From positions 240,249-304,248 of the forward strand of contig NMRA01000523.1 in the NCBI GenBank assembly GCA_002633005.1: a stretch of DNA of 64,000 bases, in the 5' to 3' direction. Positions 51,101 to 62,270 of the stretch are shown one piece after another; position 1 is the first letter of the stretch; the number at the start of each line of letters is the position of its first letter. The translations under genes and the position numbers were made by a program. The notes beneath the pieces are model-generated. The model was not told the origin of the DNA. It made no database searches and saw only the letters and a program-made list of their open reading frames with translations. Source of the stretch: Phoronis australis (lineage: Eukaryota > Animalia > Phoronida).

Positions 51101-54100
51101 AATACACCGAATTCTTATAAAAACGTGTTGTTTTATTTTGCTGTTGTACTGTTGGATTTATTGGTATTTGGACACACTGTAGCCTACAAAGTTCGGCAGG
51201 CCAATTTACCAAGGTCCGTAGCAGGAGTTTGGGGTCTTTCCGGAGATAAATTCGAAGCATTCTTCCGTGAAATACAGGCAGGAGAACCTAGATCTGTGTT
51301 GTTTAGACTTGTGATTTTTTGAGTTCTAAACACACAAAACGCTTGTTATCCCGGCCAGTGGCTCGGAACCCGATCAGGCCCGTCGCTGCCGAAGGGACTG
51401 GCATGAACATAAACCAGCTTGATTTGGAAACTAAACCTCCACTCACGAAAAGACTATAATAGTGAACCAAAGAAATAATGTCCACGTAATTATTTATGTG
51501 AATTAGCTACGAAACTGGAAATCTACTTACTTGTAGGGGGCCGCGACGTCGGGTTCCCCTTCCACAGACCGTCAGGGAAAAGGTTGTACAGTAACAATGG
51601 TCTGAACAATGTATTTGTATTTCTAAATAAAGATTCCCCTAACATGTGACCATGCATATAAAATCGAGTAATTGTTTCACAAGAACTTCCTGTCAGCAAA
51701 CACTGAATTAGCATGCGCTCACACGGCCTCGGTGCACGGTCAGATACTTTTTGTACCTTTATTGCCGGCATCAAAAGCCAGAAATGCAGTGGTTTATTCA
51801 TTAATTGCTGGCTTCTCAACATTGGCACTAACGAATACTGCAAAAGCATTAAAAACTGTATCTAATGAGACAGACTTCGTTTCAGTTTTATATAAGCATT
51901 GGATAAGGATGAGAATAATTTTGAAACAGAACGCAGAATAATAACCGTCTACATGGCAACTCGCTCAGCGCCAATCCCAACTTAGTCAATAGCTCATCCG
52001 ACGAAGACTTCACTAGTCGGATCGTTAGGTTTCACATTTGCAACCGGAATACTAGAGAGGCGCCGTGAACATGCACAGGCAACGGAACGTATGGATAGAT
52101 CTTTGGTAAGCCGGCATTCGTCAGAGAAATCATTGTCAACGAAATGCTGGCCGCAGACTCAGAGATGTTTCACGGCCTCATACTTGCTATTAACAGCGTA
52201 CCTTTCATTCTTCACTACCGCGAGCCACCTAAGCATTTCGGGCTCTCAAGAAAGTCGAAAAAACGATATACCCCCTTTCTTCGCAGCTTCATAAAATTAA
52301 GTTCGGACAAGCGGGAACGATGCACTGCAATATAGCGGCATTTACTCTGCAGACGAACCACTGACGTCGCTGCGTCGTTTCTCACCTTCCTCACAGGTTA
52401 ACGCGACACCTCTCAGCAAAGTGAGATCGACCTTATAAGAGGTGATGTGGATATGGACCGATTAAGACGGTAAAAAAGACTAATTAAATCGGGTGGCATT
52501 CTCCTTTTATAATAAACCAACATTTGCTTAATATTTTTTGTTGAGCAATGTGGCAAAATATATTTTTCTTGTCCGCCCTATTGTGTGCTAAATAAGCGAT
52601 GAATTAAAGTACTTGTAACATTCCGTGAAGGGTTAGACCCTTGCACGTCGAAAAAACTATCTTCGCCATTGGACAGTATGAGTCCTGGGGTAAGCGAATA
52701 TTCTTACGGGGTACAATTGGAAAATTACAAAACCCATGGTCATCAATTCAGAAAGTGGATGCTTAGAAAGGGATTTATTTGTAGAAAGCCTCCAAGTTAA
52801 AGTCACTCTTTGTTGAAGTTTTGTTCTAGAAGGGTTAAATTTCATAAACGTAACACATCGTAGGAATTCTTGCAGAACTGTCATTAGACCAATTCAGGCT
52901 GAAAGAGCACAAGAACAGGTGTAGTGCAGCGGAACATTCGAACATCCTTTTCAAACGAAACTTCAAAACATAGATCGTATAAAAAGTCTTCAGATTTTGT
53001 AGACTGGTGGAGCATGAACTTGTAGCTTCGAAATCTGAAAGTGGACTTTTTATGGGGAACTTAAAGACACCTTTTTGTAAAAATTTTGTAGAAAAGGGCA
53101 TCACTTCGTAGGGTAACTGGTCGTGAAAAATCGCCCATCTGAGCGGCACGTCCTGTATTTATGTACGTCTTACTGTAGTACCCCGGGATACGAATTTGTA
53201 GTAGCAAATATAACAACATTGTTGGAACCTTTTGATGTCTTTGCAGTAATGGAGTACATAGGAGAAAAGAGACGTCTGTTGTTCGGCATAATTACAGTTA
53301 CCATCTGGGCACTTGGATATGTGCTATTAGGCGGAGTCGCTTACTTCATACGCCATTGGTTCATTCTGACCCTCGTGTGCAACGTACCCGTGGTTTTGGT
53401 GTTACTGTTGTACATTTGGTAAGAATGTAGAGGATACGTCACCATGGTTATTTTATGTTCTAACATCAGTAGTGAAGCTACTAACGAGGAAGTGCAGACC
53501 AGTTCGCTCGAAGGTGAAACACGAAATGGGTCTTCTGTCTTTGTAACAAAAGTGTAATTAACTCCCCTTTGTTTGCTTCTGTTAACCATTGACCCTCAAA
53601 GGCGTAACCGTAAGTATACGTACCACACATATTCACTCCGTGCCAGTGCAATAATCATCTCCTAGCGGACTTCAACGTCTTTTCATTAAATCTTTCGTGA
53701 TGACATCAACTCCTCAACGATAAACAATGATTTTAAAAACATCTGAAGTACACCCGCATGTGAAGTACACACGCACGTTAAATGCATTTAGTGCGCTGCA
53801 GGAACATGTGTGTGGATAGCTTACGTTTTGATTTTGGTTGCCAAAATAGTTCATAGACAAAAGATTAGCAACTTTCACATTTTCCACGAAACGCCCAGCG
53901 CATGCGTCACTTAATTTGTGCATTAATCTTAGTTTTCGCGATGAGTGTACATTCGGACGAAGCATTCTGGTGTTTTAGCATTGTCTAATAGTACGAAAGA
54001 AGGCATTTGACATTGAAAAGCGTCTCAACATCTTCCTGTTAAAGAATTATTGGTGTCGAGGCTATTTTGGCAATAATTCAGGAAGTGCAAATCCCCGAGT

Positions 54101-57100
54101 CAAGCTGCTAACGAAAGTACTCAAACAACCATAATCGGCAGACTTACACAACAGGAGTAAAACTGGTTAACTCGGTGAGTGCCGCTAGAAGTGCTACTTG
54201 AGCACAAGATCGCAGATCTCGTGCACTGAAAATACAAAATAGGTGTCCTCGCCTATGATGACACGAGCTAACAAGCCTCCTTTTCTCCTAATGTAACGTC
54301 ACATCTTCAAATGATACAGCTTTTTATTTCTGAAAGAGTTGTATAGCATGGGATAGCAATATTAAAACGTGAGAGATCCGTGTCATATTGTTTCTGTGAC
54401 ACTTGGGGAAAACTTAAAGCTTTTGAAAGAGCTTCGCCATGCGTTTATATGAGCCCTGAGTGGAACACGTTCAATTGAAAGATAAATCGACGTTCCTCGC
54501 CATCACAGAATTTCAGTTTGTTGTAATGCTTTTGGATTTCTTTGCGCTGCGCTCACTGTGTCTGCTTACGTTTCTACTTAGGCTGCTGCCGGAATCACCT
54601 CGATGGTTGATGCAGATTGGTAAACGAGAGGAGGCGAAGAAATTATTGTTGAAAATAGCAAAACATTCAGATCATTCGCTGGAAGCGTTTGAGAAAGGGT
54701 TTGAGAAAACGGAAGTGCACATAGACTCAGTAAGTTGATAATTAAAATCTCGTAAAACTTACATGTACATGCAAACGTGAGCAAAACTTCTCCGTTCCAT
54801 TGATTACTGCCCAATACGCAGCGATCACGTTTGAACAGTTTAAAAGTATATCTACTGTATAACAGGTTCATTTTTGTCAATGCTCAAACATGTACACGTA
54901 CATGTACATGTACATGCTGCCAGAACAATACGGCTCACGCACTTACTGAACATAAGTCTTCACTTATGAGCATGGCTCATGTACTTGGAAACTCATTTTA
55001 TTGACTCAAAAATTCATTCCTGTATCCACAAAACATGGCTTAAGCACCAGGAATTCGCTGTTCACAGATTTACATCCACTAATAAACACAGTTCACTGTC
55101 TGACAGCAAACACAACACTGCCGTGGCACTGGTCTGTAGAAATTGCGCTCGATGTATTCGCAATTCGTCCACGTGCTTTTGGGTGGGTTACCCGTTTTCT
55201 ATGAATGTCTGCATGAATTTCCGAGTCAGTGAACTGAGTTTATACGTCCGTGAGCAGTGTTTGCAAGTGGCGATCTATTTGCATAAATACATGTAGTCGA
55301 GCCATATTTTTCTCGGATTGCCTGGTATTGAAGGCGAAAAATGAAAGTAGTGAGGCGATGCCATATCTCACAGAAGTAACGCAGAAAAATTTCAAGTGGT
55401 GATAGTTGTGCGGCTGCTTGAAATTCTATTTTGGGGCACATACATGTATCCTTTAGAATTTCGATGAGCATCGTTTTTCTATCTTGTCAACCGAAGAACC
55501 ACTGTGGCTCCATTTAAGTACTGTCAGACGTTATTTTAATTCAGTACCCGTTGTTTTGTTCTGGGAATATATCGTACACTGTTCACGTACCGTCCCACAT
55601 TCAATTCAATAGCTGTTTCCCAGCTTTGAGAGCTTGCGGGATATGCTTTTGCGCACAGACGTTAGCCTACTGTCAGACATTTACGCATTGTAAGTCGCTG
55701 GTCAGTTCTGAAAGCATACGAGAGCTATTCATTCACCTTGTAATTCAAACATAATATTTAGCATTACATTCAATAACTGTTGTACTGTTCCGAGGACCGA
55801 ATTATATTTTAGGTTTTGACGCACAAACTATCTGCAGGCACTTAATGTGCAATTATTGGAACGTACGGTGTTACGCTTACATGTACATGTAGGTCCCAAT
55901 GGAAACTTGCCTAACTTCTATTTCATCGCCCTTTTGAAGTTTGGTTATTTAAGTAACAGCTGTGTCGTTGCACGCTCAAGCATAAGAATACTACGATTTT
56001 GTGTCAAATAATTGAAGAGGATTTTCGTAAGCACGATCCGAAGGGCTCGAGCAAATTTATCGAAAATATGCATGGGTTTTGTCACAACGTTCTTGAAAAA
56101 CCATCACTTGTGTAGTCGTGCATCAAGATAAATAGTTTTAATCAAATGTTAACGTTGTTACAGTGTGTTTCGCCCAAAGACTTGTTCAAGTCATCTCTGA
56201 TGGTGTGCATTCTAGTCATCAACCTATTTTTATGGTAAGGAAAGATGAATGCCACATATCTTTTAACAAGAAACACTAACCGTACAATGGAAGTTTTTCA
56301 AGGGAATTTTACAATAGATTCTAACCACACAAAGGTTTTATGTGTCTTGTGTTATAAACCTGCCTCATTCTGCGATTTTTTTTACAATTTGTGGCTTTGG
56401 AACTGGTCTCATGCCTTGCTCCTAACTCAGATGAGAAGTGATTTCTCCGCTTGAAAAGAATTGGCACCTGTTTCTGAAAGAGTCTAAAGGCTTTTGTATT
56501 TTGACTTTTGGTAGAAAATCAGTCACAAAAACATTCAAAAGGCTGGGTGTCAGAAAATTTGTCTGCAATCCGATGTCAAAAGACATAAATCGGTGTAGAC
56601 TGCTCTACAAGGTAGACGACAAAAATTTTCAAGAAACGCGAAAGACAAACAACTTTCGGTTTCTTCGTTATTCGTGGTCAGACTCCTGACATTTGGCAAA
56701 AGTCAAAAGACGAAAGCAAATAGTCTCGTCAAGAAACAGGCCATTGCTGGTTTGACATTGCTCTAGACCTCGGTGGCAATTTGGCAAGACCCAGCTGGTG
56801 GCCAAGCTTACTGCAGTCTCGCGCAGAAAAGAAATGTCAGTTCATCTCACGTTCAATCACTTCTCACCTGAGTTGAAAACAAGAAGAGTGAGTTTCACAT
56901 CTGTATTTAGTTGCTTTAGGCCATTTATCGTTAGTTACCTGGTATCAGTTTGTTCTTAACTTAGAATAGAAATGATGTCCAAACTTAGAAAGAACTGATG
57001 GGGCGTCATTGCTGGAGACCATCCGCAATAAATTGCTTATTGTCTTGGCGTATTTGGTGATTCTATGCCTATGGTCTAGAGTGAGGACTTTGGTTCTTCT

Positions 57101-60100
57101 CATAGCCAAAAAGCAGCTGCAGTCACGTCCAAGTTTCAGAACCACGTTAGTCAGCCGAGAAAACTGGTTCTCCTAATGCGAGACACCCTGTAAAAGACTA
57201 TTACCGAAATTGATCCCTTCTAATTTTTTATATTATATAGGTTGTTCACAAACATGGTTTACTTCGGGTTATCATACGGGACATCGAATCTAGCTGGAAA
57301 CGACTTTTTGAACTTCGTCATATCAGGAGGCGTAGAGGGCGCTGCTTACGTGGTCTCGTACTTCCTTCTGGTTTACGCGGGAAGGAGACTGTCGACTGTA
57401 ACTTGCCTAGCAGTGGCAGGGATCGCTCTGATACTGTCTGTTGTCGTGCCTCCAGGTAATAACTTTCAGCAGCACCTTGTCACGAAGTGCATTATTTGTC
57501 TTGTGTCACTAATTACAGCAATCAGAGACCGTCTTAGATTCGACCAGGACAAAGCACTTTGATGAAACGGAACACAATTCATTCAAAAGTCTAAGGAACA
57601 TTTCATTGAAATCTGTGTTAGAATGTTTATAAATGCAACGTTGCTGAATACATGAGACCATATGCTTACACTTGATATCGGATTGTTTCTTCGTTACTTG
57701 TGTCTGCCAATCGGCAATGACGACAATTACAAACTGTCGAACTTTGATAAAATGTTGTTTGGCCATTATAGGCAAATAATGAATATATAAAAACCGGCGC
57801 CCGTGCTAAAATAACTGAAATGTCAGACATGGTCTAATAGGCGAAATAACGAGTTTCCTGATTAAAAAATGAAAGTGCATCCGTTAAGGGCGCCCACGTA
57901 AATATATTTATAAATTCATGGCAGTGTTTGCGATATTTTACGGTAAATGTAACTCGCGTGCTCATACAGCTTTCGCAAAGTTTCGTAATTTCAAGCAAAT
58001 ATTTGGTAATGGTCAAATAATTTTTGTTAAGGTTCCCAGTTTAGCAATTTATGTTTTTATTGCGCAGATTTGAGTGCCCTAGTTACTGTCTTGGCGATGT
58101 TTGGAAAATTTGCCATTTCTACTGGATATGCTGTCCTCTATATTTATTCCGTGGAATTGTTTCCAACGACTGCACGAAGTTTTGCTCTTGGCCTGTTGTA
58201 CACGTCATCGAGTATCGGCGGAACAGTGGCGCCATATGGTGCCCTATTGGTAAGTTTTGAATATATGTCACAAACGGCGCATTTTTCTATACAAAAGCTC
58301 CAGTCAACGGCAACGCGTGTTTTGACGCTGTTGTGTGTAAATTAACCGTGTGCGGGATTATCTAAAGCATTTTTCAGTTCCGTTAACCTAGGAGGAATTT
58401 GGTTTCTAGCGTTAGAGTTACGGTCGCTAGATTATTGCAACTATTACAACTTGACATTCGTTCGTCACCTGCTAATTGAGATTGCAAGTGATCCGCTGTT
58501 CTCCATTGTTTCACAACTAAATGAGAATTGAAAATGCATGATGGGAATCCGCGTGGCACAATTTTTGAGGTACTAGACAAACTGCTTCCGGTTGATGTAT
58601 GATTGACACTGCAAAACGATTTTGAGAAATGGATGGGAGTTGTATTGTGCAAATTTTGTTCTTGCAGGGAAACGTTCTGACCGTTGAGACACCACTCGTC
58701 ATCTTTGGTGTGTGTTCCTTAGTCAGCGGGTTGTCAGCCATTTTCCTACCTGAGACTAAGGGACTGACATTACCTGACACTATGGAAGACGTAGATCGTT
58801 TCCATGGTACCATGATTCCTTGCCTGAAGAAGAAGCACGTGTGCGTTAATTTACGAGACTTTCCTTAATAATTTGATTGATCGATTAGTAAATGTTAACA
58901 TGGCTCACTTTTATACATTGTTGGGCGGAAATTCTCCAGGAGCCTGTTTCGTGAAAAGCGACTTGCTGATATTCCTTCCGCTTCATTTTAGTGGAAAGCA
59001 ATTCATAAAACGGATTTTAATGCAAGTTAGTTCAGTCAAAACTTAAGGCCAAATAATGCTCATTCACCATAATTCCGAATATTTTCAAACTAAACGGAAT
59101 TCAATATGATTTTTAGCATAAGAATTATTTTTGGTGGTGGACCAATACCTAAAATGGACGCCGTGGTAACAGCTGAATGATGCATTGTGGGTACTCACTC
59201 ACTTGCCGCCAAATGTAATGAGAATTCTGCAGAAGCAGAAAAAAATAATAATAAAAAAATAATTTGAAAAATAATAATAAAATAAAGCAAACAAAAACAG
59301 GGCTGAAAGTTGAATGTTGATATTTTAGTGATAACTTTCGACTGACAAAACTCGTCACGTGATCTAAATTGCTGGATGTAAAGGAAAGCGCTTGCTGAAG
59401 ATTTTTAAGTCAGAAATTTGATATTACGCCATACACAACTTTGTATGAAAAATAATTAAAGCTCACTTGATTAAAAGTGAATAGGACATTCATACATGTA
59501 TACCCTTGTAACTGCTGTTTACTGGTGTAATTTCACTCCTAGACATTTATGTGCTGATGATTATTTGGATAAACCGTTTTCTGCAATTGCGAAACGACGA
59601 GAGCGTATTACCAGATGTTTGTCTTAAATCTTTAGGAGCCACTTTCATAACTGAAACATACCTCAAACCGGGCGTGCGTTCAATAACGCTAGGACCTACG
59701 CTAGGACCTACGCTAGGACCTAGCTAAAATCTAGCTAAAGTCACGTGTTCTCGTTTAAAATTCACGGCAACATACCACGTAATCTCGCGAATTCTTGCTT
59801 TTTATCTAGGTCCTAGCTTTACTGAACGGGAGGCTGGATTACTTGTGAAGCCAATCCAACCACTGTTAACTTCAAAAATACATGTTATACGAGTTGACGT
59901 CTTTTAATAGCTTCATTAGTTCATAGAGGCATTGAAATGTACTTTTTGAAACAGGCTTTATTTCTCGTGAAATACCACTCGGAATTTTTACACCTTGCAC
60001 GTGTCCTACGGCAAAAGGGGGCGCAATAACACATTAAGCTTTTCAGTAACTTCCACTACACTTGTGTGCGTCAGATGCAGTGGTAGAAACAATACGCATT

Positions 60101-60533
60101 GTGTAAAATCTTTCTTTAAAAATTCATAGGGTAGTCTTGGAGCGTTGAATGAATCACTTATCCATTGCTTGGGAAATATGCTAGTGTTCAAAATCTGTTG
60201 CTAGTGTAGAAAAAAGAGGGAAAATCAAGCAGTCGTTAGAATTTCGGATAGCGTTGGATAAGCCGTTTAATTTTTACGCTGGGCGTGGTAGGCTGTAACG
60301 TAAGGGGAACCGATCACTTGATTTGAAGTTCGATCATACCGGAAACAGGGGAATTATCCACTTTGTCTATTCGGTGTAGAGTCATCGTTTGACACGCACT
60401 ATTGGATCGGTTACTTAAAAAAACATTTTCCTGCTCTTGTCATTGCAGCCAGCCGCCAGGGGCTATGACCACAAGGAGGCCTTCTGGCCAAGAAGCCAAC
60501 GGTGATGTTCATGAAATGTCAACAAAACTGTAA
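47969..60533 (+). CDS. SLC22-family organic cation/anion transporter (MFS; Orct-like), 11 coding exons, about 567 aa
   Basis: Exons 47969-48184, 49001-49183, 49619-49722, 50207-50361, 53247-53418, 54582-54729, 56164-56234, 57241-57455, 58068-58249, 58668-58840 and 60449-60533 have consistent phases, totalling 1704 nt. SLC22 motifs: PDHWC, TIVTKWNLVCD, GYLADKFGRRK, LPESPRWL, YFGLSY, YSVELFPTTARS, LPETKGLTLPDTMED; C-terminal STKL. Confidence 0.93.
49001..49183 (+). CDS. SLC22 exon 2 (large extracellular loop)
   Basis: attacag|DGKYEQCDMYN...CTSWTFDTTEYPETIVTK|gtagct. Confidence 0.9.
49619..49722 (+). CDS. SLC22 exon 3
   Basis: ttgtag|WNLVCDKAY...FGYLADK|gtgaga. Confidence 0.92.
50207..50361 (+). 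CDS. SLC22 exon 4
   Basis: tttcag|FGRRKLII...GGVYNAAWIL|gtaagt. Confidence 0.92.
50840..52509 (-). mobile_element. Kolobok-like non-autonomous DNA transposon, copy C, in SLC22 intron 4
   Basis: TTAA|AGGAGAATGCCACCC ... GGGTGGCATTCTCCT|TTTA; perfect 15-bp TIR; collinear with copy B. Confidence 0.85.
53247..53418 (+). CDS. SLC22 exon 5
   Basis: ttgcag|MEYIGEKRR...AYFIRHW...LYIW|gtaaga. Confidence 0.92.
54582..54729 (+). CDS. SLC22 exon 6
   Basis: cttag|LLPESPRWLMQIGKREEA...IDS|gtaagt. Confidence 0.92.
56164..56234 (+). CDS. SLC22 exon 7
   Basis: gttacag|CVSPKDLFKSSLMVCILVINLFLW|gtaagg; supplies the DLF motif and the required phase 0 to 2 bridge. Confidence 0.82.
57241..57455 (+). CDS. SLC22 exon 8
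   Basis: atatag|LFTNMVYFGLSYGTSNLAGNDFLNF...GRR...VPP|gtaata. Confidence 0.92.
58068..58249 (+). CDS. SLC22 exon 9
   Basis: gcgcag|LSALVTVLAMFGKFAIS...ELFPTTARS...APYGALL|gtaagt. Confidence 0.92.
58668..58840 (+). CDS. SLC22 exon 10
   Basis: ttgcag|GNVLTVETPLVIFG...LPETKGLTLPDTMEDV...KKH|gtgcgt. The donor is inferred; unspliced, the frame stops at 58868. Confidence 0.8.
59675..59828. mobile_element. MITE, same family as 11836-11962, opposite orientation
   Basis: GTTCAATAACGCTAGGACCT...AGGTCCTAGCTTTACTGAAC, with an internal triplication of GCTAGGACCTAC. Confidence 0.7.
60449..60533 (+). CDS. SLC22 terminal exon (ends STKL*)
   Basis: cattgcag|C CAG...TCA ACA AAA CTG TAA; phase matches the exon 10 donor; class I PDZ ligand as in many SLC22 proteins. 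Confidence 0.72.
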
Positions 60534-60643
60534 GCCTGTCGGTGCAACCAGCAATCTACCTGAGCAATGGCGAATTGAAAGAAAGACAACGAGAGAAACT
60601 ATCTTTGTGCAACAATGCTTAAACGAGAGAAACGTTTTGTTTG

Positions 60644-60665
60644 ATATATATATATATATATATAT
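60644..60665. repeat. (AT)n microsatellite downstream of the SLC22 stop codon
   Basis: Read directly from the sequence. Confidence 0.9.
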
Positions 60666-62158
60666 CAGTTGAAGACCGTCACAATCTCTCAATTCTTGCT
60701 GTTACCTCGTATCCGTACAAAACCAGTCTCAGAAATTCCACTTCCAACCCAACTGGAGAAAGCATAGATGCAACGGTATGAAATTCATGTTCAACTGGAG
60801 GTCACTGTGTAAGGATACTACTCTTGTAGACTGAACGGAAGGACAATTAACGTTCCCAAGTTCGCATGCACGTCGATCGTGATTGGTTGTTCTCAAGAAA
60901 ACATTTGTTTAATGTACATGTAGATCGGACACTATTGCAATTTTTAGCTTCGGTTGTCGATGAAGCCCGTGGCGAATAGCGGGTATTTTGTTACGAAAAG
61001 ATCATGACACTTTGTAATATTCACTACTATTACGAATCGGAAGGACTTTATATTTTTGACTACTTTTTAAGGTTTCATTCAATGCCGAAGTGGTTCGTGA
61101 AGACCTTGAATGTATTATACGTGTCCGTCGTGTTTACGACATTTAAGCTTTAATAATCATTCGTTTCAACCTTAAAGTGGATTGTCAGTGAAGCGAAAAC
61201 AAATTTGCACAACCTTTGTTGTACTGTTGGCTTATCAGTCATTATTAGCTGATGAATTACACGAACGCACGCATAAGATTCACAGAAAATTCCCGGTGCC
61301 TACGGAAGTAGAGGGCGCGGTTGTGGCCCTACACATCAACTCAATCAAATCTATACGAGAATAGAAAGGCCTTGTCAGAAGTGTGCGTAACCTCAATAAT
61401 CTGTACTCCGCAATACTGACAAAGTTTTTGCCGTTTTCTGACGTTGGTGCACTCCGGAGCTAATGGTGTACACGTACATATGCAAATCGTATAGGTGTCA
61501 GTCTATCAGTTTTCCTGCAGTAGCGCACAACTAAGACAGAAATTGCATACGGGACAATTAACAGACTCAGTGTTCTCATCAGCAAAGTGACTACAGCTTG
61601 ATCTTGAAATGTGTAAATTTGCTCGATACAACTACATGTGTAATCCCTCGTTCCCGTCATCTATTTGCCACCTACACCCCAGGTGGTCAGCGGCAACATT
61701 CTACGCCGACCTGCCGGAGGCTTCAAAGGTAGCCTGTCCTGAAAATGTCCCGGGGTGACTCTCACAAAAGAGGTACACAAGACGTGCCGCTCTGATAGGT
61801 AACTTTTTACCACCTAGTTTCCCACAAGAATGTGCCTTGAGAAGGGTTCCTTTTCCAATGTAATCCTGATTTCCTACGAAGGGTTCACATTCCTTTCTCC
61901 AGTTACATTATACTACAAAATGTTTTTATTTTCTATATTTTTAAAACTTTGGTTACAAAATATGCCGAGTACTTATTTTTAGAAACAATGTATTTTTTCT
62001 TATATACACTTTGTGACTTTTAGGTTATTTGAAACCTTGTTCTCAAACTTTGACGCTTTTGCAATATTCCAATAAAGTTATCAAAATTTTTTTTCATTGG
62101 ACTTGGTGCAAATGACAAAAGTCACTGCCGTCAAAATCGGGGTAACACAGAAACAACA

Positions 62159-62270
62159 NNNNNNNNNNNNNNNNNNNNNNNNNNNNNNNNNNNNNNNNNN
62201 NNNNNNNNNNNNNNNNNNNNNNNNNNNNNNNNNNNNNNNNNNNNNNNNNNNNNNNNNNNNNNNNNNNNNN
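62159..62270. other. Assembly gap (N run)
   Basis: Run of N. Confidence 0.99.
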
